Source of the DNA: Raillietiella orientalis | Lineage: Eukaryota | DNA: 64,000 bases | NCBI GenBank assembly: GCA_036172245.1 | Contig: JAYWIR010000004.1 | Location: 620,001 to 684,000, forward strand | Reading direction: 5' to 3' | Shown: positions 13,010 to 26,029 of the stretch, in pieces | Numbering within the stretch: position 1 is the stretch's first letter | Layout of the letters: every line of letters begins with the position of its first letter | Translations under genes and position numbers: made by a program | The notes under the pieces: model-generated | The model's input: the letters and a program-made list of their open reading frames with translations, nothing else | Told to the model about the DNA's origin: nothing | Databases searched by the model: none

Positions 13010-15930
13010 CCAAGAGTACCTCGAGGCCCGTCGGACAACCGAACGGGGCACATGCTTTATTTCTGGAAGACCCAGGATGCAGCAGAGGAATCGAAAGGGA
13101 ACGAATTTCCAACGCCCCTCTCGCTCGCCGCCAACCCGCGGTCATCATCCGTCGACGATGTGTCTTCATCACTCTGCGACGGTACGAATGGTAAGATGGA
13201 GGAGGATGCGGATTCCTCCCCGCAGATTGAGGAGCTCCGGGTACCCCGTCCTTCAGTGCGTGCTACGAAGATGAACGATCGTCTTGCGGCAGCTCGGGAG
13301 GCAGCGGCCCCGGCCCTCCGCCTGTCGGATGGCTTCCCGAGTCGATGCAGACCCCGGCGCAGTTACGCGCCGTGCTGACCGGTTGGCATTGCATGCGCTT
13401 CGTCGAGGTCGCTCGAAGTAGGGTGGGCCAGAATGGGATGCACGGCGATGCGCTCCAGCACGCCGCACGGACGCATCGTGACCGCGTGGGCGGCCGTGTA
13501 GCTACCACGGCCTCCGCGCGGTGGCAGCACGCGCTGCGAGTTCGAATCCCCACGTGGAGGATCGACGCCGAGAACGAGAGGTGCGTCGCGGGTTTCGAGT
13601 CCCCCCCCCGCAGAATGACGCTGGCTGGCCTACGGACTTCGGGTTCAGCACCGGCGGAAGCCGAAAACCCGTTGACCACGTCGACTGGTCGACGAAATTA
13701 GCAGTTGACCCTCCGGGATCCTTCCAGGAATCAAGGAGCAGCGGTTCCCTTCGGGGTTCCCCTCCGGTTGTGAAAATGGGGCCATCCTCCCCCTCTCGCG
13801 TCGGGGAAAAGGTTCGTGGTGCGCTGCTCCCTTCGGGGAGAGCCCATCAGAGAAATTGGGAAGCGTCCCGTCGGGGTTCCCTTCAGAGGAGGCGGGAACA
13901 AGCAGCGGTTCCCTTGCGGGTTCTCTCCGAAAGAGAACTTTCAGTAGCGGATGCTTTCCAGGTTCCCCCTTTGGGGAAGGAATGGGGAGCGGCCCCCCAA
14001 AACCGGGAGTCCCTCCGGAAAGAATGTGGAAGAGGGTGGTTCCCTTCGGGGCTTCCTCCCAAAGCACCATAGGTACGGACTTTTCCTCCGAAGCCTTCTT
14101 GGATTTATAGGGTGGTCCCTACGAGGTTGTCCCCTGACTTGAAGAGTTGAACGCACCCTCGGGTGGGTGGGCAGTATCAAAGAGCCACCCTAAGGACGTC
14201 TAAAAAAAAAAAAAAGAAGAAAACTCGAAGAAAAAAAGTGTGGAAGGCAAGCAGGGAAAACAGGAGAACTCCAAAGATTTCCATCATCCTGCGTCGGTGG
14301 TTGGACGCAGAGTCCGGACCGCGAGACAGACGAAGAAGCTGCACCGAATCGGCGCCGACGTGCAGATTCGGCGCGGCTTCTTATTCGAAACTCCCGGAGC
14401 AGCACAACGCCGTCCCGAGCGAGCGTGTCGCAGAGAGGGTCTCCGAGAAGTGGTTTCGAATCGCGCCGCAGAGTGCATGCGACTCTTCGAGTCTGGAGGC
14501 AGCCTCAGTTGCTGAAGGAAGGAACTGGAAGCATCTAACAAGAGCTGCTCAAGGCAACCTTAGGATGTAGGGATGGGAATGTTGGTGGGATAAACAAATC
14601 GGATCGCACGCATCCCGGAAAAGGAGGAGAGAACCATCCGACCGAGAGGAACGCCTACTGCTGCACGAGATCCTTGCATTTTCAGCTGGAAACTGGCGAA
14701 TCCATTTGGGGGAGATCAGTGAAAAGGAGGGCCTGCTGCCAGGGCAATTCCGTTCAAGTCAGCGCGGACTTGCAGTCGTCACGAAACCATGAGCGTCTCG
14801 AGGAGAGTCTTCTTCGCCGCAGATCAGCAGCGCCACGGAACGGGACGGATCGGCGCCGCCCGTTCCAGTGACAACGCCCCGTGCCGTTCTCGGGTCTCGA
14901 GACCGCTTCTCCTCCGAAGAGAGAAGAGCCCTTCCTTCTTCTTCTCTTAGCGTAGCGCCTGCCTCCACAGGTCGCTGAGAATAACCAGCGATGCGCGGGA
15001 CGGATCCGGGAAAGGAAAAATCCGAGAGGAATGAGAGAGGCAGGCAGCTGCAACACTTGATCTCTGAGGGAAACGGCAATGGGGCGAAATGCGAAACGGG
15101 TCAGAGCCGTCTGGCAGCCAGCAACCCCCCCCCCCTCCCCGGCCTCCTCCTCTTGCATCTCATCCGGATGACCTTGAGAGCGAGCTTCCAGATCGGAGGA
15201 ATTCGGATTGTCGAGCATAAGAAAGACAAGGAAGAGAAGTTCACACGACCCTTGCAAAGGATAGGGAGGAAAGGCAAAACAGGGTCAAACGTGCAGTTTT
15301 TCTCAAAAGTTCTCCCGCCCTCGCTTACCACCAAGATGAGTTCCAGAGTCGCCAAACACGTACGCGCCTTCCACGTACGGCTCGCTCGCGTGCTTTCAAG
15401 GAAGATGCACAGAGCTGCAACACAGCGGAGTCCTGAGCGGATGGGGACGTGCTTGTGGAAGTGTTAGTGGCAGACACCCTGCGACCACAACATATCCAAA
15501 TGGAGACCAGGATGGCGAGGCCCTACTGTTGCCCGGGTCCGTCGGACAGCCTAATGGGACGCATGGCGGTGAGCTCCAGCACGCCTCATGGACGGAGCAC
15601 CCGTTGGGCGCAATGTCCGGACCGCAAACCGGATGAAGGAGCTGCACCAAATCTGTGACTGCGCTGACGTTTAGATTCGGTGCGGTGAGCCGCTTGCAGT
15701 GCGTTCGGAGAGTGCGAGCAAAACATCCAGGACAGCACGACACCGTCCCGCGGGAGAGCACTGCAGCGAGTGAACGACCAGGTCTCCTAGAAGTGGGTTC
15801 AAAACGCGTCGCAGACTGCATGCTACCCCACCTGCCTCCGCTTCACAACGCGAGGGCTTTGACAGCATCACTATTGACGACAGAAGGAAGACATTGGAAA
15901 GCTGGTAGTGCAAGAGCAACTCTTAAGCAT
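13010..15930 (+). repeat. Diverged direct-repeat family (coding-like relic of unknown identity)
   Basis: 15515-15930 aligns by eye, in the same orientation, with 13010-13055, 13434-13490 and 14298-14556. Example: gggacgcatggcggtgagctccagcacgcctcatggacg vs gggatgcacggcgatgcgctccagcacgccgcacggacg. Confidence 0.8.
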
Positions 15931-17079
15931 TCCAATGATCTTCTCCGTTGCCTATGATGATGTTTGAAGTAAGCGAAAGCTTTCTCCTTTTCGAGATCAG
16001 GAGTCAGTGCTCCCATTCAAAGAAGTGTTACTCGAAGAGGTGAATCCTGAAGAATCACCTTCTCTCGTTTCGTGTTGAATGGACGGCTGTCATGCAGGGA
16101 TTTTGCTAGTGATGCTCCCCTCAAATAAAGAACACGAGAGCAAGGGGTGACCACGGATTCGCGATTCTCGCCTCATCCGCTGCGTGTCCTCTCCCTCTTT
16201 CCGGCCAAAGATCAAAACACCGGCTCGTCTTAGGAATGCGCAGGATGCTGGCGTTCGGCATAGCGCGTGAACTGCCGAGCAGCTCCGCCGCGTATCAGGG
16301 AAATCGAAAACGAGAAGCGCCATTGGCGGAGCGCCAGCTGCATCCGACAGCAAGACGTAGCGGCGAGGCTTAGAGAAGCCTCAGAGAGGCGGACGGCATG
16401 AGTGAGACGTGCGGGTCCGCGGGTTTAACGTGCAATCCACCGTATGCTGAAGCCAAATGAGATCACCCCTTGGCATTCCCTGAGCGCGCCTCCAGGATCG
16501 CGCCCCCAGCTGGCAGGTGCTGCGCGAGGCCCTTGCTTTAGCTTTCCGGAGAACGTGATGGCAATTCCCCTTGGGCTGCAGATGGAACGCCCCAACCGCG
16601 TGATTCATACCATCTTTGCACACAAAAAAAGAAAAAGCGCAAGAACGGCATCTTTCTGGCAGGGATCGTTGATAAGGAATCGGAGAACGCAACTGTAAAA
16701 TTTCCATGCTCAGCCAATTAGACAGGGCGCTGGAAACTCAAAGAGGGCGCTCTATCGAACGTGGCAAGAAGCGACGCCTTGATGATCCAGCACGCTCCAT
16801 TCTCGCTTTACAGATGGTTCTTTATGTGCCATAAGCGCTAATTATTTTATTACCCAAGACACACGGTCGCGCTTTTTTTTCCTTCTTTTCTCTTACACAG
16901 CGTACCCAAAATAATCCTTCAGTACGCCACTGTATACGCTTACAGCCTGACGCCCGACCGCCACTTACCCCCCGGCCATCTAACAATGGCCAGCCCTGCA
17001 CCCCGTAACAAGTAGGACAACCTGCGAAACAGCAACATCCGATAATAGATCAAGATGCATGCATCAAGATATCATATCG

Positions 17080-17600
17080 GAGGCTGAGCATGTACCCCAG
17101 ACATCACGACCCACACGGTGGACTTTCCGACGTCCTCTTTCTCCACTTCCATAAAGAACCATCTATCAATTCATCTACAGAAAAGAACAAGCCCGCATCC
17201 CAGCAGAAAAAAAGAAGGCAATTGCTCTTCATTGAATGCGGACGCTCCGACGGAGCAATCACGGAGCAAACGACCAGCTTCGAGGAGTCCCAACCACGAT
17301 CCACATTGGGTCCCTCTTCCTCTTGCGAAGCCACTCCACCAACTTTTCCCCTAGAACCAGCCTGTACACTTACGCAAACTCCTCCCCAAAACATAGCAGT
17401 CGTGCCTCATAAGAGTTCGCCCAGGCCACACCGATTTCTTCTTTTTCACCCGCCCAACCACGAACACTCCATACATCCTGCAGCCAAGGTAACGGGGTCA
17501 TACCGATGCCTCCAATCCTCCGCCCACCCAACCATCAATACTCCATATGCCCTGCAACCTAAGTAACCAGCACGGACGCCATCATTCACACCAATCCGCT
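17080..17600 (+). mobile_element. Penelope-like retroelement relic (RT C-terminus and Cys-rich linker)
   Basis: Strongly C/A-skewed segment with FIYRKE..HP..KK (cf. xIYRKPT..HP), QP..LRKLL (cf. RQPPNLRxLL) and GSYRC..SICP (cf. the Cys linker before GIY-YIG in some Penelope clades). Frameshifted. Confidence 0.4.
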
Positions 17601-18879
17601 TCGACCTTCTGGGTTCCCTGCTTACCATTCTCCACGACATAACCGCAGGATCCGACCTGCAACCATCAACAGCTCAGACTCAACTCCCAACTAAAGATCT
17701 GAGGCCAACCCCACAGGCTGCATCCATTCCATTGTTTCCACCTTTCGGCTCCAGGGTGGGAGTTCTGTACGACCCTTGCGAGCAGAGAAACTCCTCGAAA
17801 TGCGGACGGCAGGCCGGCCAGGAGCCACGGCCTCTCTGAAAGTTCGGATACGTGGAACGGTCCGCTGGGCAGACATCTGGGTGTTCCTTCCCCCCCCCCT
17901 CCTTCCCTCCCTTTGCAACTTGAAATCTGGACACGGCTGAACAGCTCCGTGCTCCCACTCAGACACCAGCCAACGTCGACGACGTTCTTGATCCCTGGGG
18001 GTCCTCGGGCGGAAATCGTCGCCGCCGCATCACCATACCTTCCCCAGGCTATCTGCGTTGCAGCAGAGCAACCAGGAGGAGCGCCTCCTGGGCGACGCGG
18101 CGGTGACGATTCCTCAACTCCCGCTGGGCTGAGAGGGGATTCCACCTGCCGTCACGGGAGAGGCTGCCCGTGGAGCTCTCTCATCCTGCCGCTGGAGGAG
18201 GCGCCGCATTCTTCCAGGGGCCTTCCGCGGTTTCAGCAGCCACGATACTCCATTCACGGCACAGTGGCAGCGGCATGCCTGAGACGGGGAACACTCCGGG
18301 AAGCCACACGTGCGGCCACTGGGCTGGTGCTTCAAGCCGTCAAGAGACCCCCTTCCCCTCAATGCTGCAGGCAGGGAAGACCAGAAGGAGGGCTCTGAAG
18401 TGGCAGAGAAGCGATGTGAGCACTCCGATGACCGGTTGATGCGGAAGAGGCAGTCCATCTCCTCCCCATCAATCATGTGTTTTCGTTTATCTGTCTCTTC
18501 GCCCCTTTGTGCATCCAGCCCGTGCTCTGAAGGAGCCACGCCCTGGACCCCTCTTCTGGTCGAACCTGTTCCGGGCCGAAACTCCCTGCCTCACTGCGTG
18601 TTCGCTGCCAGCCGATCTCGAGGCAGCAACCCCCCCCCCCCCCATCTGGGTACACACGCTGCCGCAGGCCAACCAAGATCTCCTGCTTGGTTAAAGTCAC
18701 GTGGGGGCATCGTGGGCTCATACGGAGAGGCTGCATAAGAAAGGGTAGCGTGAGCTGCGAGATTCTGCGTACAGATTTTGCACCAGTTCAATGAGAGATT
18801 AGGCCCAGAGCTAATAAAACGAATTCCCTGCTGACTTCAGCTTTCGCTTGCGCTCCTCCATCGCTGGAGGAGCGCAGGG

Positions 18880-20700
18880 TCCTCGAGGTCCGCATGCGCC
18901 TACGCCAAAAATGCCCTCCGGCGACCTACGACCGATCCTGGGGTCTCGGGTGAACCCAGATCATCTTGCTGCCCAGTGCGAGTTTCATCCACCGTTCCGC
19001 TTCTCGGCCGCATCAGGCGCGACCCTTCGGTGCCCTCCTGAGGCTTGCATCCTTCCGATCCGACCAGAACTTCGGCATCGTGCCCGTCTGATAGACGGGG
19101 TAAGAAGGGGCCTACTGTCGCCGCCGCCGCGGGCAACCCTGGACGCGTGGTCCGAGCCCGCTGCTTGCCGCAGGGCCAGACCCCAGCCCACGAGCCCTCT
19201 TTGTCTCACCACCACCGCCGTCCCGACGAGAACGAAAGATCCTCAAGTGAGCTCCCTCTGCCGCTCCGGCGCACTCCGGAGATGACCTCCACAAAGTCAT
19301 TTCATTTGTATTTCGTTTTTGTTGTCTCCTATCCCTTCTGTTGTCCAGGACACCCACTCACCCGGTATGCGTGCGGGATTCTCGGTAAGATTTACTAGTC
19401 AGGATGTGGTAGAACCAATGGCCCTACCACCTATGTGAGGCTTATTCTTAACGAGTGAACACCCCTGCGAATCCGGATAAAAATCCAGTCACCCTAGAGA
19501 GGCAGACTCCAGACATAGGAGCATCGCTTCGTGACCATTGGGCCGTAGTAGCACGCTCCTACTGTGATTTCTGTGTTGACGCTGTCTCCGGGGAGGTCGT
19601 CGCCGGCCGACCCTCGTCCACCAACGTCGTTTGCTGTGATCCGTCCCAATTCCTCACCTTTACCACCGGCGTGGACGCGACTTCCTTCCAGAAGCAATGA
19701 CCAGGTGTACAAGCAGACGATCGCTCGTTCCAGGGTCCGGGGTATCATGGGAGGTCCCTTCCCTTGCACTGGGACAAGTGGCTAGGATGCTTCGTGAGCG
19801 AGTTGCTCCCCCTCCTCTCCGTGCCTGGGATGGGTCCGAGGATGCACACCTCCTCCCCTCCCCGCCGAAAGAGTGATGATCCAGATGCTGAGCAGACGAA
19901 CTTGAATGCACCTCCTAGAGAGGAAAAGCCTGAAAGAGCGAGAAAAGGGCATCCCGGAAAATAGGGAACAAGCCTTTCTCTCGGACGGCTTCAGCTGGCG
20001 CTTCGCGCGCCAAGCATCTCCCTTCCGCAAGAGAGCGCTGTGCGGGGGGGAAGTTTTCCCGGGAGCGACCCCAAGGGCGCACGCTTGGAAGCGGAGGCAA
20101 CGGTGGGGCAACGGCGGGTTCGGCACTTCCAAGAAAGACCTCAGCATCCTCTTGTCTTTGCTCCAGCTCTTACTCCGTGTTTGCGACGCTTCCTCCAGAG
20201 AGTCGTGGCTTCCTCTGCAGTTCAGAACCCCTCGACTGCCGGCCATGTTTGCCGATCAGCTAGACCCAAGGTGAACAAAGAGTTGCCTTCTGTCTCCTCT
20301 CGGGCCAGCCGAGAGCCCATTCTGGAGATCGCCGGGTCAAAGGGCGAGGAGAGAATGAGAGTGGACTACGCGTTCATCTCGGCAGGCTGAAAGGATCCAT
20401 CCCTGTCCTGGAACGGAAGATGGGGGGGGGAAGGACCCGCATATTCCCTTCCCTTCCCTCAGGAGAGGACCGGCAGTGCTGTGACGCCTGAGGGTAGGGT
20501 TTCATTCGCCTCCATCCCTCGCAGAGCTGCGGAATCTGCCTGGAGAAGCCAAGCAGGACGGTAAATGGGGAGGAGAGGAAAGAACCCCCTAGGAAGGGGG
20601 CGCCGGAACGTTTCCGTTCCCAGATTCCCATCCTGTATGAAAAGGGGCATTCGCTGGCTCCAGGAGTACTGAAAGCACAAGGATAACTTCGGGCTGACAC
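18880..20700 (+). mobile_element. Degenerate DIRS relic (RT and RNase H)
   Basis: PKMPSGDLRPILGSRVN, ILPIRPELRHRARL, RCLPQGQTPA (cf. RCLPFGLxPAP), NPDK..RQ..IG, FLSDG (cf. FTDAS), MFADQL (cf. NVxADxLSR). Apparently interrupted at ~19280-19450. Confidence 0.65.
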
Positions 20701-22829
20701 GAGCCCAGAGAGCAGGGCGTGGGGAAGGGGGCGATAATGATGAAAGAGAGGAACAACACGAGCAAGAGTGGGTCTATTGGCCTGAGAGATAGTCCGACAG
20801 CAGGAAATTTCTTCGCTAGCGACGATTTCGGGACACTTTCGAACTGGCGCCACAGAAGAGACCGCCCTCTGCCAGCGCGGCCGGAGCAAGGAGACGAAAG
20901 ACGCTGCATCAGACGAACGAAGGTCATGGAGAGGGGAACAGTCCGCCCTGCACGTTGCTCCGGAGGCGTCGCAGAGCAAGAAGGAGGCGGAGGTAGGTGG
21001 CAGAGGAGGAAGTGGCAATGGGACGACAGTGAGAGGGTCACCGGGACTTGATCCTCCTGACCTCGAGACATTCACTCCTTTTCTCTCGGGGACCGGTCAG
21101 TTTCCCCTTAGTCCTGTCTCCCCTTCCTAGGAGTGGACGTGTCCAGGAGAAGGAGGAGGAAGAAGTCCCAGGGCGATCTGCGAAGAGGTGCAAATGGTGA
21201 GGTGGCCCTTCATTGATGGAGAGTTTCCTCGAGAGGGTTCCCTAAGGGTCTTTTAGTGTCTCATTGACTCCCGGCAGCCGATGCGGGACGTCTCACCTCC
21301 GAGTCCGATCCTTTCCCTTCGGTGGCGAAGAAGCTTCCCTTCCCCACTCCCTCCACAATCTCCCCGAAGGCGGTGCCTCTGATGCAGGAAGAGCACCGCC
21401 ACCACCTACTTTGCTGCATGCGAAGGGAGCAGGAGGACTCAACGGGGAAGGGGTGGAAGGATGCCTCTGCCTCTCTTGGAGGAGGATGGACAGCAGTCCC
21501 TGCTCTTGGATTCTCCAGCAAAGGCACCGGAGCTTCGTAGTACTTCCCCCCTGCAACGAATTATGGGACACCCTTGGGCGACTGACAGCGAGCAAGCGTT
21601 TCTTCGGCTTCCTATGGATCGAGGCGCTTGTCCCCCGCTGGAGACCAAGCCCAGCGTTTAAGATGGTCTTTGAGCACTCCTGGGTTGGTCCCCACGCTCG
21701 GACGGAAGTAGTCTTGCAGAATCACTGGGGTTGGTCTTCAAGCTTTGCTGGGGTTCGACGAGTTTGCTTTCGGGACGTTCCTCTGCAGCTGTCCTCAGTC
21801 CTGGAGTGTTTTTTCCGATTTCTCCTTCTTTCTGTTCTTTTCCCTTTCCAAGGATCGAACCCACCAGTTCAGGAAGCCACTCTTCTGCTTGAAAGGTCTG
21901 CTTTTGTATTTCTGCAGAGCTCTTAGAGCCTCAGAAAGATGCGAGAGGGAGTGGAGGATGAATGGATGACTTCCGAAGCTCCAGCAAGCTTCTTCAACAG
22001 ACTGCAGAGTCCATTTCCAGGAGTTCTTCGAAAAACCTTAATGCTTCCTTCAACGTTGCTCTAAGAGTCGAGTCGACACTCGTCCAGATCTACTCTCATC
22101 TTCTTCCTACCCTTCTTTCAGTTACCTATACTCTTCCATCGCTTCCATCTTGAGCTCTCCTAGTGGGGTGGCAAGTACCTCTGCTTCTGGCTCTCACTCA
22201 AAGCTCAAGACAACGTTCTGTGGCAAGTCATGCTCTTTCTGTCGAAGAACTGTTGTTAAAGCTGAGGTGATCGAAGAACCCGGAATTGACCGGCAACCAC
22301 CAGCGTTTGCGCCCAGTCGTTGGTGCAGAATGGGAAGGAAGATGCTTGTTCTCTGCTTGCACAAGTCACTCGGCTGATTCGGATGGAAAGCTCGGTCTTG
22401 ACTGAGTCAAAGGAATGAAGGAAGGATCATTTCTTTCTGCAGCCTAGAATTCTTGGCCGCACAGAAAACCTGCCAGTGATCGTCGAGTCTGCCGTACCAG
22501 TTAGATTGTGAATTCTTGGAATGGATTAGTAAGATTGACTGTTAGGTTACGAATATGACGGAAGTGCATGTATTAAGTTTAGTATTTAATTATGCTTCGG
22601 CTATCAGAAGTTATTTTTACATGTGATTTTTTTTCGTTGGCTTCTGCAATGAAATATATCGATTTTAAATAGTGTTTAATTTTAATTATAAGGGAAATTC
22701 GAATTGGTAGTTGTTAGGAAACTTTGCCGGCCATTGCGGGTAAACGTGAGTTGAATCCATGTAGATGTTTCTTGATCCGATGAAAATTGTAGCTTTCATG
22801 TGGAGGTGTCATAAATCACTGTTTATAAA

Positions 22830-23642
22830 GTAGCATCAGAATACCGAATAACTCGAAATTTTGTGATACCTCATATGCACGAAATCGAGAACTTCGCGGT
22901 TTCTAAGCAACGGCGAAATCTCGAATCCCCGCCCGATGTCGGAGCATCCAGACCACAATAACTTGGCGTGGTCCAGAGTAACCAAGAAGAAACGACGATA
23001 AGGACACCAGCGCCCTCCAGGAAGTTGCCCACCGCCATGGGGCTGACATTGTCGATACCCTGGAACCACAATCTGAAGGAGTGACCTACCGCCAGACACC
23101 CAGGATAACCTCCTGATGTTTTATCACGGAGGCATCCTGAGAGGGTCCAGAATGAAGTATTTTACAGGAGCAAGAGAAGATGAGAACTGCAAAGCTTGTG
23201 AGGATGTGGATACCAGACTTCACATCTTGACCTGCTTCACAATCCATCAAGACTGGCAGACACTGAAAAGGGTCATAGGGCTGCAAAACTACTCGCCAAC
23301 GGAAGTCCTAGCCAAGATGTTCCAGGGAAGTGGAAACGTCCTGGAATGACCATTGCCCTATTCATCACCTCCATCCTCATAAGATGGTGCAAAGTGAGGA
23401 AAACCAGGACGGCCGCATCTCCTATGGAAATCCTGAAGGGAGTTATCCAGAAGGAGATCGGCATAAGAAACTGGGAAAGTGCCGGCCTGGACCTATCGTC
23501 ACATCTTGAAAAGGATTGAAGATAACACCCAGGCTCCACCAACGCCCAGCCCACCCTAATGCAGAACCCCAGTGTTGTAACTCCAAGTTAGTGAACCTAA
23601 AGAAGACACAAATGACTGTGAAATAAAACTGAATGAATGAAT
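22830..23642 (+). mobile_element. 5'-truncated LINE 3' end with CCHC zinc knuckle
   Basis: ORF 23116-23349 contains CKACEDVDTRLHILTC (CxxC-x7-H-x3-C, typical of non-LTR ORF2 C-termini). It is followed by AATAAA at 23622 and a (TGAA)3 tail at 23630-23641. Confidence 0.65.
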
Positions 23643-24540
23643 ATGTAGTGTGAACGTCAAAAAGAAAAATAAATTTACCCCACCCCTTGTGGGACTTTTA
23701 GGAGAATCGAAGCACCCAGACACGTCATTTGAACGGAGAGCGCGAACTGCTTTTCGAAGGGACCAAGGTGGCCGAGCCCGAGCGGTGCGTGTGTTTCCTA
23801 GCCACTTTTAAAGAACCCGCGGGCAGCTCCCTTCTTGCTGCTCGCATCCCGGATGTCGACCTTTTGGTTGGTGCAGGCGGAGCTCGTGGCATCTCGCGGA
23901 GAGCACAGTTTGGACGTCCTCGTCTTCGTAGCTGCGAAGTCGTTTTCGACGGCTCTGAAACTTCTGTTCCCTCAAGGCTTCACATCTTGGCTCCATCAGT
24001 TACACTCAGCTGACAAAGAATCAAATTCACTAATCACTGCTGGAATGCGTTTGCTTGTGATCGCAGCTCGAGAGAACTGTTTACTGTCCTTCGATACTCA
24101 TTGTACTGTAGAGCTGCTCTCCGGCGTCTGTTCTGTCTCTTTTGTCAGTTTTACTAGAATTACAAGAACTCCTCAGATTCTCCCGAACTTTTCGAAGTGT
24201 GCGTCCTTGTGTGTCGAAAAACGTGCCTCTTGTTGTCATCATCTCTAGAGGCTCTTCTGCTGCTTTCCCCAAGGTTTGAAAATCCCTGAAGAATCTTTTA
24301 AATCATCGGAACTCACAAGCCTTCTCCGGCTGCAAAAGTTCACAAGTTTCCTCTCTCGTAATTTCGCCTTTCATGTACAGTGGAAGTTGTCAAACAGCAG
24401 TTAGGCATCCCCTTACACTTCTTGTGTTACGTATGTTTATCGGGCACTAGTCATTTTTTGCTTGTGTTTGTTATTTTGTATTAATATAAATGATGATCAG
24501 CCGGGGAGCAGTGCCCCCTATACCCATTTGTGGGCAAGTT

Positions 24541-24590
24541 GTGGCCCGTTGCTACAAAAAGGTTGCCCTCCTCTGGCATCGAGGGCAACC
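24541..24590. mobile_element. hAT-like (Charlie/Buster-type) terminal sequence
   Basis: Reverse complement of 24541-24575 reads CAGAGGAGGGCAACCTTTTT..GGGCCAC. Related ends occur at 25414-25430 (-) and 32796-32814 (+, CAGCGGTGGGCAACCCTTT). They resemble CAGGGGTGGGCAACC-type hAT ends; no paired element or TSD was found. Confidence 0.45.
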
Positions 24591-26029
24591 AGTCTCCTAG
24601 GATGGAAGTCGTTTCAGTCTGATCATGATTAATGGTTCAAACAGTAGGAGAATAAGTCGAGGAGATAGGAGATCATCCTTTTGTGCAAGCAACGATTCGA
24701 AGCTCCAAGCCTTATTAACGTTAAAGTGAGCCGAATCTTAGGTACAGTACATATTTGCGAGGATATGAATGCGGGGACCGTTTTAAAACCAGTCCTCGCA
24801 TCCATGACAGACAAGGACATCATTCTTTATTTGAAACGTTGCGTAATAAGGTAATTAATTCTGATATTAAAAAAATGATGCATGCACATGAACGTGTACA
24901 TACATATACATGCCCATCCAGGCAAGCATTTAGCAAGAAAGCACTTAAGGACAGATGTTTTTGTAGACGATTGAGCTAATCCTTATGGTAGCCCTTCGCT
25001 TCGCTTCCATCGGATTTGTCTGCAAGAACGACAAGAAGGTGGTAAGTATCTTTGAGTCATCTCGTCGTTTACGGATCATCCAATGTGTTGGTGCATCGGC
25101 TTGGAAGGATCCGCATGTGGAGGATGCAAAACATGACGTCCTGACAATGCTCTTCGGTTTCGGATGTTTTCTGGTGACATTTTCGAATGTCGTATCGGAA
25201 GCCCCTTTTAGAGCAGGTAAAGCGCTTGCTTTGAGAGTAACCACCTAAAAGAACCTTCCAGAAGAGTTCTAAAAACTGCAACAACATGAGCGCGAAACAT
25301 TATACTGCATTATAATTGGCTACTGGGAATGACGTAAGGGGTCGCAAGCGAAGGCACTTCGTAGGCGTTATTGCTACTTAAGAAGTGTCAACCTGTGGCT
25401 GGCTCACTGCAGCAAAAAGGTTGCCCGCCGCAACCCTACATCGCTGCTGTCCTGGAAAGGATGCAGGGGACATAGACATAAGAACGGTGATCTCTTCCCC
25501 TCCCCCCCTCCTCCCTCTCTCTCTCCAGAAAAGACTTCCCTCCCCTCTTTTCACTTTTTTTGTTTCTTTTTGTTTGTGGTCTTCCCTTTCCCTTTGCCGT
25601 GGAAACGGACGGTCTCCAGACCGGTGACCTGCAAGTTGGACTACCGTGGTGAACCAATCGGTTCACCACAAGAACATTTATACCATGCTTTTGTTACTTT
25701 TATAATAAATGTCCCGGCGAATCCGGGGGATCGCTGATGCTGTTATCTCAAACTGGACGACTAATGTCAACGAAAATTCCATGTGTTGTACCATTAAACA
25801 CCATATATACTGCGATCATACACTGAATTGAAATCTCGCACCAGTCTCTTCTGCAAACCTGGTCTTGGGTCGCGACATAGCTACCGCTGTTTTCGTGCTC
25901 GTTTTCGCATGCATCTTTCGGGAAGAGACCAGGTCGCCCCGACCCCTAATCACTCCTGTCCTTCCCTAATTGCAGTCCGGTAGGATGCGTGCGGACCAGC
26001 GATCGGCTGCCGTATGCGCAGTCTCTGCA

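Noticed and set aside
14440..14485. Homeobox-like WFxNR (KWF/SNRAAECMR), also at ~15790
   Set aside because: It needs a frameshift, helices 1-2 are absent, and it belongs to the decayed repeat family.
23700..24450. Possible minus-strand DNA-transposase relic (ITSKRI)
   Set aside because: Only one weak motif; no ordered chain of motifs.
25700..25730. Helitron-like hairpin CCCGGCGAATCCGGG, with a similar motif at ~56638
   Set aside because: No CTRR terminus at the expected distance and no other Helitron hallmark.
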